64,000 nt of DNA from Hydrolagus colliei (lineage: Eukaryota). Made by a program: the position numbers and the translations under genes. Location: contig CM068745.1 in assembly GCA_035084275.1 (NCBI GenBank), positions 58,094,001 through 58,158,000 of the forward strand, in the 5' to 3' direction. Positions 12,863-26,254 of this stretch are shown here, piece after piece; the stretch's first letter is position 1; the number at the start of each line of letters is the position of its first letter. The notes beneath the pieces were generated by a model. It did no database searches and was not told where the DNA came from. It saw only the letters and a program-made list of their open reading frames with translations.

Positions 12863-13687
12863 TACAACAACAAAATTACACTTGTCGCGCCTAGTACTCT
12901 GGAATTATGTAAGCAAGTTGCATCCACATTCCATTCTAGAAAGGAATATTGTGTAGGTGGAATACACATGTGGAAATTGGTATAATTTGAATCCTCTGTT
13001 CACTCGTCCTTCTAAAAATCTGACTTTGCATCCCTGGAAAGAGCTGTCATGGTTTTTCCAAAGTGAAGAGTGATATATAAGCACAATTGTAGATTATTAA
13101 ATGAAGCGATTGCAAACAATGAAAGGAGCCTGGAAAATAAATTAGATTGCAGGGGAGCAATAAACAAAAGCAATTTGTGTAAGCAGTTCATCAAGCCTGG
13201 AAAGGCACTTGTCATTCACATTCCTGTTAACATAAAAGGTGCTGGTGTATTCAAGGACTGGTTCATATTTTGCTGCACATTAAAGGCATGAAATGTCACT
13301 CCCTCGATGCATCCACAATGAGACTAAGCAAAGAACAAAATACCAGCCTGTGGTAAAGATGCATTAATCAAAATTTAAATGAACCACTGTAAAAAAAAGT
13401 TCTAGTTTTAGCACAATTTACTTCAATAAATAAGACTCAGTAATGCAACTTCCGCAGGAAATATGGAAAGCAAAATGGAAGCCTTTTATGAAGGGCAGTT
13501 GCTGGCTTCCAAACACATTGAGTTTGTTTCAGTTTTAGACATTGGCAGATTTTTAAATCCGAAATGTCCTGCTCTTCTATATTTATACTACTCAAGCAAC
13601 TGTCCATCTGATTCTTAAACACCCCCATGAATACTATCTATTCCGTTTTCGGGGGAGAGCATGTGTGAATATGTTACAATTATTAAT

Positions 13688-14025
13688 GTCCGCTCCATTC
13701 GTTCAGCAGGCAGCAGCCTCCTCCATTTCCCCCGATCGTTCCGCCCACCATCGTCAGTTGGGCCTTCATCCTCTTTGCCCTCCACTGTTTGAAACTCCAT
13801 CCTGCCTTACTCCCTTCTTTGCCTTACTCCCTTCTTTGCCTTACTCCCTTCTTTGCCTTCATCAAGGCACATTTCAAAACCGTCCTCTTCAACCACGCCT
13901 TTGGTCACCTCAAACCCTCCCTGTCCTCCACCCCTACTGATTACAATCCTACTGCTGGGGTCCAAATCCCTGAATGTCCAGCACCTTGGGACATCCTCCC
14001 AATGTGAAATCTGTGTTGTATTGTA
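13688..14025 (+). mobile_element. L2 3' end with internal 17-bp tandem repeat
   Basis: L2 tail CAGCACCTTGGGACATCCTCCCAATGTGAAA; TGCCTTACTCCCTTCTT repeated three times at about 13803-13856. Confidence 0.8.
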
Positions 14026-15197
14026 ATTATAACTGTGTCAAAAAGAAATGTTATACCCTCAATTCCTACTGCATTGGCACACTCCTTGCACAACTGTCTT
14101 ATACTCACTAAGGAGTGAATTTTGCTTGGGTCCTTCAGCCAGATTTATTTCATCCATCTAGGCTGAATTCAAAAACAGGTGCAATAACAATAAAATAACT
14201 TGCTGTGCTATAACTTTCCCTAAATTTCTGACACTCAAAGGATATTTTTCTAATTGAAATAGAAATGTATAATTATTGTCAGTAAACAAGGCATTCTTTA
14301 CAGATTGCATCCAATGCTTTTCAGGTGACAGTATTTTTAATATTTAGGTGTCCTCTTGTTGACCTGGGAGAAACTCCATTGCCTTGAATTGGATTTATTA
14401 CATTATAGTAGTCTAACACTAGACTGAACCAAACCATCTGTTATTATTTTGAAACATGGTGGATTAAATTTCAACATTTTGCATTCCTAATACATGATAG
14501 AATAATAAATGCACCTTTCATGCAGGATAGCAACTCTGAATGCAGCATTGAATGCCTAGCAAGAAGGAGGGAACCATAAGATCAATTGCAGTGTGGGTCT
14601 TAATGTGGGATTTTATTCACTTAACACATATTCCTCTGAAATTGGGGAATCAGTTAATCGCCAATGCATCAAGAGTATACTTTACAATCATGTAGTACTG
14701 TATAAGGAACTCCAGTATGTGAGCTTCTTGGCAAATATGCTTTATTGTGGCTTATACTGGCAATCAGTGGGAAGCCTGTTGGCAAAATGTTACATTTGGT
14801 TCCATGCCCAAGGGAGCTAATGTGAAGAATTTCACATTGGGAATACACACAGATGAGGACAAGTGAATCTGAACTAATTAGCAGTGCATCAACTGGTGAT
14901 ATTTGCTAGTTACACTTGAATCTTAGCAACACTTGTAGATATTTCCTAGACAGGAGCACGGTTTCAATCAGCAAGTTCTACCTTTGTCACTTAACATCTG
15001 TTAGACAGGTTAATTAAACACTGTATTTGACTGCTGAATCAATCCATTTCAAAAATGTTTTAAAAAGTGTTGCATTATATCAGAATACAGTTGTTTATTT
15101 TTACACTTTTTAAAAAAATGCTTGCATTTGATCGAATGACTAGCAAATTCAAGAGGACATCATAATGGATATTACTATGAAATTTGGTGACTATTTT

Positions 15198-15500
15198 TGT
15201 AAATCACTTCATACCCCAACACCTCCCTATCTCTCTGACCCACTTGCTCCCCACTCCATTACCTGCAGTCTGTGGCCTATTTCTCATCCCTTGTCCCCTC
15301 CACTCTACCATTTGAGGCCGTGCTTAAAGCTACTATGCCTCAAAATTTTGGAACTCTCTCTCAATCCCTCTGCCCTGCTCCCTCTTTCCCCATTTGCAGA
15401 TCATGTCTGAGCCCCTTCCTCTTTGAATGTGCTCTAGTCACCTCCCTTTGACTTGGTGACAGGTGCCACTGTTAAACACTCCTAGATGCTACCCTACTTC
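15198..15500 (+). mobile_element. Degraded L2 3' fragment
   Basis: KSLHTPTPPYLSDPL similarity to other L2 copies. Confidence 0.6.
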
Positions 15501-15635
15501 AATACGTTCGGTGCAAAAATGTAACAATGCAAAATTGACTTCATATTCAATATAAAATATATGTGAGAGTGGAGAGAAAGAGCGAGAAAGAGTGAGAGAG
15601 GAGAGAGAGTGACTGAGGGCAGGGGAGCCTGATGA

Positions 15636-15706
15636 AAACAACAACAACAACAAAATTACACTTGTATAGTGCCTTTCACGTCAGGAGGATGGCCCAAGGC
15701 ATTGGA
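15636..15706 (-). mobile_element. L2 tail fragment
   Basis: (CAA)n AAATTACACTTGTATAGTGCCTTTCACGTCAGGAGGATGGCCCAAGG. Confidence 0.8.
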
Positions 15707-16561
15707 TAACAGATAGTGAGTGACGTTTACACTTTCCCACACAGAGATGTATTTTTCTCCAGTGAGAAACTCTTCTATGGCCTTCATCTCTCTCCAACTC
15801 TACCTCTGTCATCTCCTTCCATTTGCCCAGCAAACTACAGTGAGTGCACACTTGCTTCATGTCCACCTAAGACCATCTGCCTCAACAACACAATTTTATC
15901 CCCACCTTCTTTAGTTCCATTCCTTAGACTCCTTCCAACCCCTCTTTCGAGGCAAGGCAAGACCTCAATTTTTGACTGTGTTTTCAGTCATCTATTCATC
16001 TCCTCACCACCCTCATCACCTTCCTTGACTCCCACCCCCAGCTCGGGTGCCCAGCTAGCAGTGTCAAGTCCTGCCAACATGAAAAACACATGTTTTTTGA
16101 AGGCAAAATCCAAAAAATTGCTCAGTGGTATGCAGTCATTTCTCAAATAGGGCATCTGACCTTCAGCAGCCAAAAGATTGGAGTACCTTTCTCTCGTCTA
16201 TAATAGGATTAGGAAATATTTGCAGCCATGAAAGAATGCACATTTTAACTGCTGCCACAGTTGTGTATATAAATGGATATATTTGACCAATTTCCATTCC
16301 ATAAGCAGTTTATGCCTCTAAGAACAAATAAAATATCATTACTGTCTCACACAGGAAACATTGAACGAGAAACTGATACCTGAAGTTGAAAAACAGGTTC
16401 CTCCAGGAAAGGAAAAAGATTATGAATTGTGAATAGCCACCAGAATATGTTCTTCCATATGTTGCTAACATTACCATTACCATGAACAGAACCAGTGACT
16501 CTGCCGGGTAAAGATATGGATTTTCTGCAAAACCAATCATTCCAATAGACGACAGCATGCT

Positions 16562-17070
16562 ATCCACCTTCCCGGCCTGCCCCTAAAACTCTCTGAATCT
16601 GTGCGCAACCTAGGTGCCAGGTTCGACCCCCCAACTGTCCTTCCTCCCCCACATCCGGTCCCTCACCAGCACTGTCTTCTACCGACTTTAAGATCTTCAC
16701 CCTTGTTTTCAAGTCCCTCCACTCCTCTGCACCCCCCTCCCTCTCTGATCTCCTCTCTCCCCAAACCACCACTGCTGCCTTCACTCCACCGGATCTGGCC
16801 TCCTCCATGTCCCCCGAATCCTCCGCTCCACCCTCGGCAGTCGTGCCTTCAGCCACTATGCCCAAGGCTCTGGAACTCCCTTCCTCACTCCTTTCGCCTT
16901 GCCCCCTCTCTTCCCAGTTTCAGGTCAAAGTTAAAGACCTTTCTCTTCAAAACGCCTTTGGTCACCTTTCTACCCCTGCCCCTGGCTCGGTCCCGGGATC
17001 CGCTGTTGTAAAGTGCTCTGAGAATCCGTCGGCGTGGAGGGCGCTATTTAAATCAAAGTTGTTGTTGTTA
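16562..17070 (+). mobile_element. L2 (subfamily A), 5'-truncated with internal deletion
   Basis: Reads RNLGARFDP, then jumps to [13 protein letters not shown] and [27 protein letters not shown]; (TTG)n tail. Confidence 0.9.
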
Positions 17071-17679
17071 TAGTTATACATGAACACAAAAAGGAATTAA
17101 GGAATGCAAGCTGCTGCAATTCTACCATTTACACAAAGGCCATTAAAAAAAAATTGAAATACAAGTGAAGGTCGTCTGAATGGTGGGCTTTGTAGCAAAA
17201 ACTACTTGCATTTAATTACGCTTCCCACAATTATCAGTCTGCACAGAAATACACAATCAAATGTTCTTTACACATTCATCTTATTTGGTATAATAAAATC
17301 CATTTGATAAAAGGCTTGCAGAATCCTACCTCTCAACATACAAGATTTCTGTTTTCTCATTTCATCAGGGGTTTAACAGCTACTATGAATATGTCCTTTT
17401 TTTTAACTGAAGCAAACAGCTGATTTAATGTAATAAGTGATACACATACTCAGAAACTTCTCAAATGTATACTATAATGGCACAATAAAAATATGGAATA
17501 TTTTTAAATCGGTATACTTGAGTCAAAGATCTCTCTACATACAAGAATAAATTTGTTCCAAGAAATTAATAACACAACATTCTATTATGTGGTCTTTCGA
17601 GCAACAAATGCATACATGACTTTTCAAAAAGTTACATCTGCACTATGTGCAAGACATACAATTAACACCGCCCAATTGA

Positions 17680-17992
17680 CCTGTCCACTCCCTTGCTCTG
17701 TTGGCACTGGCCTGCTTCATGCCCACCACACTATCAGTGGTTGAGCCTTCAACCTTTTTGCCCCCACTGTTTGTAGCTCCACTTTGGAGTTCCTTTGCCT
17801 TGCTCCTTCTGTCCTTTATGGTTAGTCTCCATGCTTTCCTCTAACCATGCATTCAGTCATGTTTCCCCCACAAGCTCTTGGCCCTACTCCTTCCAAATCC
17901 AATCCTGGCTCAGGCAAACCGTCAACTGTGCATTGGGATGTCCTACTAAAGTGAAAGACCTGATATAAATTCAATACTTTTGTTGGTTGTTA
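17680..17992 (+). mobile_element. Degraded L2 3' end
   Basis: TTGGGATGTCCTAC..GTGAAAGACC..TATAAAT..TTGTTGGTTG. Confidence 0.65.
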
Positions 17993-20001
17993 TATCAGCA
18001 ACAACCTGAAATTCAGCCTCTTTTGTACTGTTATACTGGACCCAGATGATTACATTACAACAGGGTTTCATTTTATGCAGTTAATGGTAATAGGACCCTT
18101 GTTGACAAATGGACATATCAATCTGCAGGAATTCCATTCCTATGAATTCTATTTCTGGATTCTGAGGGTCTACACAGCACATTTTCAGAAACTTCAGGGG
18201 TTACTACTGAAAACATGGGAGTCATCGCATTAGACATTTCAGCGCCAACATCCTCCAGACATGAAAGGCGCTTTATAAATGTAATTTTGTTGTTGTTGTA
18301 GACTTCAGTGCCCCTACATATCTTGAGCCTACTTTACAAACATAATGTCAAATACAGCTAAACTTACATTTATTCTGAACCAGAAGGAGAAAATCCACAT
18401 TTTGTTGCATGATCCAATACAATTTCAAAAACAGCTACATTCATGAATGCTGAAATGCAATGGTCTTTAAGCACTTGTATGTACCATATTTAATTTTTTG
18501 GGCAAAGGATAAAAATTACAGTGCATGCAAAACATTCTAGAAACCTTAAAATCAAGCAAGGAAAATGTCTCTCGGCTTTTCATATCTATTCATTCACTTT
18601 GTGTCCCAGACCACCTGGAAGGTGAAAGATCAAAACAAATGGAAAGGCTGAACTTGACTATTCTTCTGTGAGCTGCAGTGGTGCCGGGCATCACTACATC
18701 CGATAAACATTCTTCTATATGGTTAGCGATCAAGAATGCAGCACAAACCTTGGAGTTAGCCAGGTACTGATTTCGCTACATAGCAGTTAAATCCCTCACC
18801 GCTTCAGTTAAATACAAAATGGTGCTTGCAAATAACAGAAGACAATGGATTAATATTAAAGAGAGCATCTCAATTCCAGAAAATGTTTCTCTAGCACATA
18901 ACTATTTTAATAGGTTAGTGATTGTACACATGTTTGCTCCTGAGTGCTTCACACAAAAGGAAAAGGTCACAGGACTATTTCTACTGTGCTTCAGTAGGAT
19001 GAAAACCGCAAGAAACATTGAAGGTTGCTTCTGAAACAAATGTGTTTATGAATGAAAAAGCACACGGCCCATCAATCCATCTATGTATCTAAAGAAAACT
19101 TTTGCTACAAATACATTATTCCTGAACTTTGATCTCATTCAAGCATCACAGCACTGGAAAAAAAATCTAACACTGTACTTCAAACATCAAGCATTAATTC
19201 AGACCTGCATTGATTGACTTTTCTGCAGTCAAATATCATCAATTTCAAGGTTGCAATTACCTTGAAGTGGTCAACAGTAATTTATCATTATATTGTGATA
19301 ATGGAAACAAACTAAGTTGCATACAGTTTCCCTCTCAAAAGATCCATTATCTCAAATCTATGTTAGATGGTGTAACTGTGCCACTTTGCAATGGAGGGTA
19401 ACACAGCAAGGTCAATCAATCAATGGAGCTGACAAAAAAAGCAGTGAGCAACTACTGAAACGGCAAGTTTAGTTGGATAATATTGCAATGCATAGGTGAG
19501 GTAAATCAAGTAGCACTGAAGCACTTAGTGCTACAGAAGTGGCCAAAATGTTTTGCTACCACATTATGTCACAAATAGTGATATCAGGTGGTCTTTGGGC
19601 AGCTGTATCTTGGTGGAAAGTGTGCACTAAGGCATATGAGGTATTACCGCAAAACATTCCTGCTATTTTGTACATGTCGAATGATGAAATAATTGGCTGC
19701 ATTAATATTATGTACTTGAAGCTTTGTGTGGAAACAATGAGATCCTTGCAAGCAGGCAATAACCATGTCAACAATAATGGCATGGAGAAGACAAACACAA
19801 CTTCTGCATTGCTCTCCAGCCTAACAAGCTAAAATAAAGCTATGAATGTAAGAAGTCAATGAGCAGGAACTTTGATATACAGCAACACTGACAATGCAAC
19901 ATTCTGAACTGAGTTAAACTGTTAAATTGAAGGAAATGTAATGGTTAGAATTCCACATTATATCATGTCTACACAAATAAATCATTAACAAAACAATGAC
20001 A

Positions 20002-20352
20002 AGTCCTGTAGCTTAGTGGTTAGAGCCTCGCAAGTGAGAGGACCCAAGTTTGATTCCCTGGCAGAGCGAAATGTTAGGCAAGTTTCCTTACTCCACAGAC
20101 CTGTGTTTACTTAGCTGGAAGTAGAAATTCAGTTGTTAGTCAATCGGCGGATTGCTTTTGGAGATAATAATCCCTTCAAAAGATTTGGTCACTCAATCCA
20201 CAACTGTTTGTAAAATACTGCTGTGTACAATCAGCTGCCATGTTTCACCCACAAAATATAGTCAATTTACTTTACAGTATATTCTGTGAAGCGCTTTGAG
20301 ACATTTCAAAGATGTGATAAGGCTCTATATCAAATGCAGCAATTACTATCAT
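20002..20352 (+). mobile_element. tRNA-headed SINE, full length
   Basis: A box TAGCTTAGTGG, B-box-like AGTTTGATTCC, core CTGCTGTGTACAATCAGCTGCC, tail GAAGCGCTTTGAG..TATATCAAATGC. Confidence 0.88.
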
Positions 20353-20539
20353 TTGACTTTGCACTGAAAGTGTGGATTGATTGTCTGTGTTGTAGTGACT
20401 ATTTGTAGGTTGAAGTCTTGTTGATAATGTGATAAGTACTATATAAAATGCAAGGTTTATTATTATGGAACAGTTAATTTATAAATGACAATCACCAACA
20501 AACAGTCCTGAAATGAACAATTTTATCTGGAGGATTGTG

Positions 20540-20740
20540 GACCTTGGAAAACTGTTTTCTTCCTTTCAAAAAGCATTTTGGAATCTTTAAAGTCCACATG
20601 AACAGGGGACAGGATCTTAGTGGAACATCTCATCTAACTGCAACAATTACACCATTTCTCCACCATTGCACTGGAGTGTCAGCCAAGTCTCCCGGCTCAA
20701 ACGCCTGAGATGAGGCTTGAACCCACAATCAACTGAACCA
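20540..20740 (-). mobile_element. SacSINE1-like Deu-SINE, 5' part
   Basis: Reverse complement of GTGGGTTCAAGCC...GGCTGACACTCCAGTGCA...GATGAGATG..GTGGACTTTAAAGATTCC. Confidence 0.65.
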
Positions 20741-21254
20741 CAGCAACACTGTGCAATGATCTTTCATTCCAGGGAGTAGTTTTCCAAATAATTTAATTTG
20801 GATGCAAACTACTGAGCGAAGTTCACATGGAGTACTTATATGGAAAATAACTGATGAGACATCTCAAGTGCACTATTGGAATAGGCACTAGTTAAGAGAT
20901 CATCACCTAATGCAAAACAAAGGGAGAGGTTGGATTTGTTTTTTAAAGACAGGATCAATTGTGTTAGGATAGTTCCACAGTTGTTATTAATATGACATTA
21001 ATTATCCTACTATCAATGATTAAAACTAAATCCATGATAGCATTTTGAAAGGAATTACACAAATATTCAAATGAAAGTACTGGTTTAGATGTGGAACACA
21101 CATCTAAACCATATATAAGCAAGCTGACCTGAATTCAACTTCCAGGCAGGGTGAATCATGAGATAAAATTTGCCAAGCAGTAAGTAGGAACACAATTGTT
21201 AGTTGATTGGTGGAGCACTTTTCGAGGCATAATAATCATTCCAATTTTTTTAAA

Positions 21255-21602
21255 TTTTTAATTAGAAAAAATGTGGTCACACAGGCCACGACTATGTGTC
21301 ACTGTCGTGTGCAATTGGCTGCCACATTTCACCCACAAAATATACAGCTAATTCAGTTTACAATATATCCTGTGAAGTGCTTTGAGTCAACAACAACTTG
21401 CAGAGTTTTGGGGTGTAGTGGCTGAAAATTAGGCCGCAAAGGTGGAATAGAATAGAATAGCAATGACAAGCAGAAGGCCGGAGCCAGTTGAGCAGAGGTA
21501 GCGGATAGCGCGGAGGTGCCAGGGAATGAACAAATTTGAGAGTGATTTTGAAACGTCTCAATGGTTTGATAAGCTGCTATATCAAATGCTAGGATTATTA
21601 TT
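21255..21602 (+). mobile_element. SINE 3' half, interrupted by an antisense L2 fragment (about 21388-21548)
   Basis: SINE tail breaks at GAAGTGCTTTGAG and resumes at TTTGAAACGTCTC; the insert starts with (CAA)n. Confidence 0.7.
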
Positions 21603-21631
21603 CATATTAATTATTATTATTAAGTACAAGG

Positions 21632-22776
21632 TAGGGAACGGCGATATATCGGTATATCGCTAAAACCCGATATGATTTTCATATCGGTATGCCGATATAG
21701 ACATTTAAAAAATACCGATATATCGAAAACCGATATATCGAGGTAAAAAATCGGGATGCGAGCACAATCAACTACAAGACCCAGAATGCTCATCCCTATA
21801 CACAATGCACAGACCGAGGTGCAAAGCCGCCATCTTGTATTCATAGTCCTCGAATACAATATACAGGTATGCAAGGGGTGGGGGGAGAGAGACGGCTGTG
21901 GGTGGGGGGGGTGAGGGGGAGAGAGATTGCTGGGGGGGGGGGTGAGGGGGAGAGAGACGGTTGGGGGGGGTGAGGGGGAGAGAGACGGCTGGGGGGAGGG
22001 GGAGATAGACGGCTGTGGGGGGAGAGGGGGAGAGAGACGGCTGGGGGGGGGAGAGACGGCTGGGGGGGTGGAGGAGAGGGGGAGAGACGGCTGGGGGGGG
22101 GAGGAGAGGGGGAGAGAGACGGCTAGGGGGAGAGAGACGGCTGGGAGGAGGGGGAGATAGACGGCTGGGGTGGGGGGGAGAGGGGAGAGAGACGGCTGGG
22201 GGGGGAAGAGAGATGGCTGGGGGGGGAGAGGGGGAGAGAGATGGCTGGGGGGGAGAGGGGGAGAGAGATGGCTGGGGGGGAGAGGGGGAGAGAGATGGCT
22301 GCGGGGGAGAGGGGGAGAGAGATTGCTGGGGGGTAGAGGGGGAGAGAGACGGCTGGGGGGCGGGGAGGGAGAAAGAGACGGCTGGGGTGGTGGTGGGGGA
22401 GAGAGACGACGGGGGTGGGGGGTGCGAGAGAGGGACGGCGGGGGGGGGGGGGTGGAGGGGGAGAGACGGGGTGGATGTGATAATATACAGATAGATAGAG
22501 ATGGGGGGGATGTGAGAGAGGAGAGAGGGAGAGAGACATAGAGAGACAGAAAAACACAGAGATGGAGAGAGTGAGAGACACAGAGAGAGAAAGATATTTA
22601 CCTCCTGAGAAGATAGACCCCGAATGCGCGCGCTCCCGGTATGCGCGAGCACCCCGAATGCGCGCGCTCCCGCATGCGCAGTACAAAAAAACGGAAAATA
22701 TCGGTATTTCGGTATATCTCGATATGGGCCAACCGATATATCCATATCCGGAAAATTCCCATATCGCCGTTCCCCA
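21632..22776. mobile_element. Non-autonomous hAT DNA transposon (copy 1, complete)
   Basis: TIR TAGGGAACGGCGATAT / ATATCGCCGTTCCCCA (1 mismatch); 8-bp TSD GTACAAGG at 21624-21631 and 22777-22784; subterminal CGATAT repeats. Confidence 0.92.
21880..22470 (+). repeat. G-rich minisatellite inside the hAT element
   Basis: Approximately 22-26-bp unit GGGGAGAGAGACGGCTG(G)n in tandem. Confidence 0.95.
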
Positions 22777-22879
22777 GTACAAGGCACTCCAGTTAGAAGT
22801 ATCCTGGATTAGTGCGAGTTCACATCAAGTATAGAGCTCCTGTAGACTCACACTGTACCAGGAGTATTAACTTTGCTCA

Positions 22880-22946
22880 CAGAGTGAAGCATTCTGAGAT
22901 GCTGTCTGGCATGGAGGGCACTATATAAAGCAAAGTTGTTGTTGTT
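22880..22946 (+). mobile_element. L2 tail-only insertion
   Basis: TCTGAGATGCTGTCTGGCATGGAGGGCACTATATAAAGCAAAG(TTG)n. Confidence 0.8.
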
Positions 22947-24299
22947 TGCTGCTTTTAAAATTGTATTTAATCTGTCCAATCTTACCTAATTAATTTAGTC
23001 TTCAAATCCTTGGTCTTTTGGGAATATTTTGAACTTGATGAAGTAAGATTGATCACATAGCAGGATGCAATGTTTGTTGGTAAGAGGTTTGTCTTTAAAC
23101 TTTGCATCATAATATGCATCATATTAGTGAGATGATTCACTAAGCAGAACTGTGGTCAAGCTACAACAAAGGAAGCAGTGGACAAAGGGAGACTTCCAAC
23201 AACTACATAGTTGTGTTCAAACTGTGCTTTTTGAAAATGATCAGGCTTGTTGTGGTGTTTTAGCTCCAAATCATACAGTAGGAGTCAAAATTCATTGTCT
23301 GGAACGAATAATTTCAACAGTTCTTTAGTTGTAGAAATGCAATACAAAGGCACTCAAAACAAATTAATACCTTGACAGTGCATTATATTACAGCAAATAT
23401 TTTCTTACATGTTGGATTTCTTTCTTATAGGATGCATGTATAGTGAGCAGAATATGATGTTAGCTGTGATCTGATAACCTGAAAATCATCAGTTTGTTGT
23501 AGAATGTCAGTATGGACCCTGCTGTGCGCAATTTGGCTGGGTTACTTGGTAAGAGGTAATATTACTGATAAAATACGAGCATCTTATTACTTGCCTTTAA
23601 TAAGCACATTTAAAAAAAATAACATCACTATGCTTGTCCCAGCACATGATTTCTCTCTCACACACACCTCAAATTTGGGGTTTAGTGAAATGTTCACAAC
23701 ATAATATATCGGTACTAGGTTTACAGTACTGGTTTACAGTAATATGTATCTTTTGATATTTTTCATCCACAAATGCAGGAAGGCAACTCAAGAGTGAAAT
23801 GAAACAGGAAAATACTAATATCCATTGTGAGCTGGGAGAAGTATTTTATAGATGATTGAACATGTATTATTCAAAGGAATTAGATCAAACTTTGTTAAAT
23901 TAACCTCAAATCCTGAATAAGGAGAATTGATTATTCAAGAGATTAAGGATCAATGAATCTAGATTGAAGAAGGAAACTGGAGGCAAGTACTTTGAATCGC
24001 AATTACAGGTAGATGTGTTCTAGGTAATTTTTTGTTAGAAAAAATGGTGTTGAAATAATGGAATTGGAGGGTTCCCCTTTTCATCAGTTAAAAAAAAAGG
24101 AACATCAATCTGAGACTTGTCTATTGTGTCCGAAGCTAGGAATTCCTCATACTCCAAGGAAATATTAATTGGCAGAATTTTATATCCTGCATTGACAAAA
24201 TGGATATACTGTAGAGGACTTCAAGGATAAGATACAAATGCAATACCTGGATGAGTGCTATTTAAAATCTATGCTTTTGAAAACAAAGCTTTCCCTATT

Positions 24300-24478
24300 C
24301 CAAGGCTGAAATTTCAATGTACTGCTGGATGAGCAGTGCATTGTCTGCAATGCTGTCCTTCAGATGAGAAATCAAACTGAGATATTGTCAATATTGTCTA
24401 CCTGTTTAGGACGATTTTAAAGGTATTGTGGCACTAGTTTAAGACAGAAGTGATTTTCTCCCCCTATCCTGGCCAACC
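24300..24478 (+). mobile_element. Older Deu-SINE internal fragment
   Basis: GGCTGAAATTTCAATG..GCATTGTC..GCTGTCCTTCAGATGAGA..GTGGCACTAGTTT..TCCTGGCCAA. Confidence 0.55.
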
Positions 24479-24489
24479 AGTAAGAGGTC

Positions 24490-24962
24490 TGTCAATCTGG
24501 CTCAGATGGTAGCATTCTTGCCTCCGAGTCTGAATGTATAGGTTCAAGTGCCATATCAGAACAAGACGCATACAATCTACGTTGTCACTCCAATGCAGTC
24601 CTGGGGGTATTCTGCATTGTCTGAGGTGCTGTTTTACAGATCAGGTGTTAAGTGAGATCCTGTCTGCCTGTGCAGGTGGGTGTTAATGATCACAAGGCAT
24701 TCTTGGAAAAAGAAGGGATTTTACCGCAGTGTCTCGATGAACAATCACCCAATAAAGAATCGGTCACTTTATTCTATTATATTATATCAATTCTTCAGAT
24801 CAAATTAATCAACCAACTGCTGTTTGAGCGACATTGCTGTGTACAATGTGGCTGCCATGTTCACCTACAAGTACAGTCAATGCACTTCAATGTTGTTCAG
24901 GTAAAGAGCTTTTAGAAGTTTCAATGAGGTAATAAAGTACTATATTAAATCCAAGCATTTCT
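24490..24962 (+). mobile_element. SacSINE1-like Deu-domain SINE
   Basis: tRNA head TGGCTCAGATGGTAGCATTCTTGCCTCCGAGTC..GGTTCAAG, then CACTCCAATGCAG, core GCTGTTTG..TTGCTGTGTACAATGTGGCTGCC and an L2-type tail. Confidence 0.75.
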
Positions 24963-25035
24963 ACTATTTATACAGGAGTATGGATCAATAAAAATGCCCA
25001 TTAAGTCAATTTGCTCTTTGACGTCTTAATGACTT

Positions 25036-25375
25036 GGAATCCTGTAGCCGAGAGCACTTGCCTTGCAAGTGAGAGGACCTTGGTTTGATACCCAGGCAGG
25101 GTGAAACTTGAGGCAAGTTTTCTTATTCCACACACCTGTTTATCTAGCGTTATGCAGGAACCTTGTCGTTAGTTGATTGGCAGATTACTTTCTGGGGTAA
25201 TAATCCCTTTAAAAAAATTATTATTTGATCATTCAATCTACCACTGTTTGCAGGACACATTTCACCCAAAAAATATACCGTCAATTCACTTTACAGTATA
25301 TTCTATGAAGCACTTTGAAACCTCTTGAACACCTGATAAGGAACTATATCAAATGCAAGGATTATTATTATTGTT
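25036..25375 (+). mobile_element. tRNA-headed SINE
   Basis: Same head, body and (TTA)n tail as the copy at 20002. Confidence 0.85.
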
Positions 25376-25784
25376 GGTAACCCATTATCAAAATCAAAAA
25401 ATGTATTGCTTTCACTGGACATTACCCCATCATGGACTCTACTCTTCCTAAGGTTACACAAACCCATAAATCAGTCCATCAATCCAACTATTGATCTATG
25501 GAGTTAGAATGACCTGAATTACTTTAAGATTCAACCTAGTTTGGGAATGATTCCTTGAACAGACTGGGAACTTCCAATGAAGGATCAGTAAGACTAAATA
25601 CTTTTCTATCACTACTAATAGACAACCATCCATTGCAATCATGTTTACTTGTTAAAATCCACCCAGAGTCACCGTGTTCTAAATTCAATACTCATGTACC
25701 TGTACTTTCACTTGTCTACTTGAAATTCATCCGACACTTCTTGGCCCATCTGCTCAATTCATCCAGATCAATGAGGATTGAGTA

Positions 25785-26140
25785 AAACAACAAACTTTAT
25801 TTATATAGCGGCATTCATGCAGAGTAGCTTCCTGTAGTACTTGACAATGGCAGAATCTGACATCGAGCCAGGGGGAAGGGGAGTGAGTAGGTGACTGTAA
25901 GCATGATCAACAAGGATGGTCTTGTTGTGGGACTCGAAAGTGGGGAGGGAGCGGGCAAGGTGGAGTGATTGAGGGAAAGAATTAGAGTTTCAGAGTTTTA
26001 AATTAATTGAATTTTGTGTATGGTGGAGCTGGGGAGACCAGTGGACAGGTTGATAGGGGTTCAGCAGGTCAGAGAGGAAGGAAGGGACAAAGCCCTGGAG
26101 GGTTTTGAAAGGGAGGATGAGGTAATGGGTTGAAAGTGGG
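25785..26140 (-). mobile_element. L2 3' fragment
   Basis: (CAA) tail; ILPFKTLQGFVPSFLSDLLNPYQP. Confidence 0.75.
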
Positions 26141-26254
26141 CATGGGGACGTGTGGTTTACAATTACCAGCACAGACCACCAGGGTTCAATGCTCAGTTTC
26201 TCTGCTGTCTATTTTTATTGAGTAAAATTAGTAATCAACTTTATGGCTGTTTAC

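Noticed and set aside
21768-22787. 339-aa proline/serine-rich ORF (and the Gly/Glu/Arg-rich ORFs opposite and at 58319-58868) as an extensin-like protein
   Set aside because: Translation of a stop-poor minisatellite inside a TIR/TSD-bounded hAT element; open in several frames on both strands.
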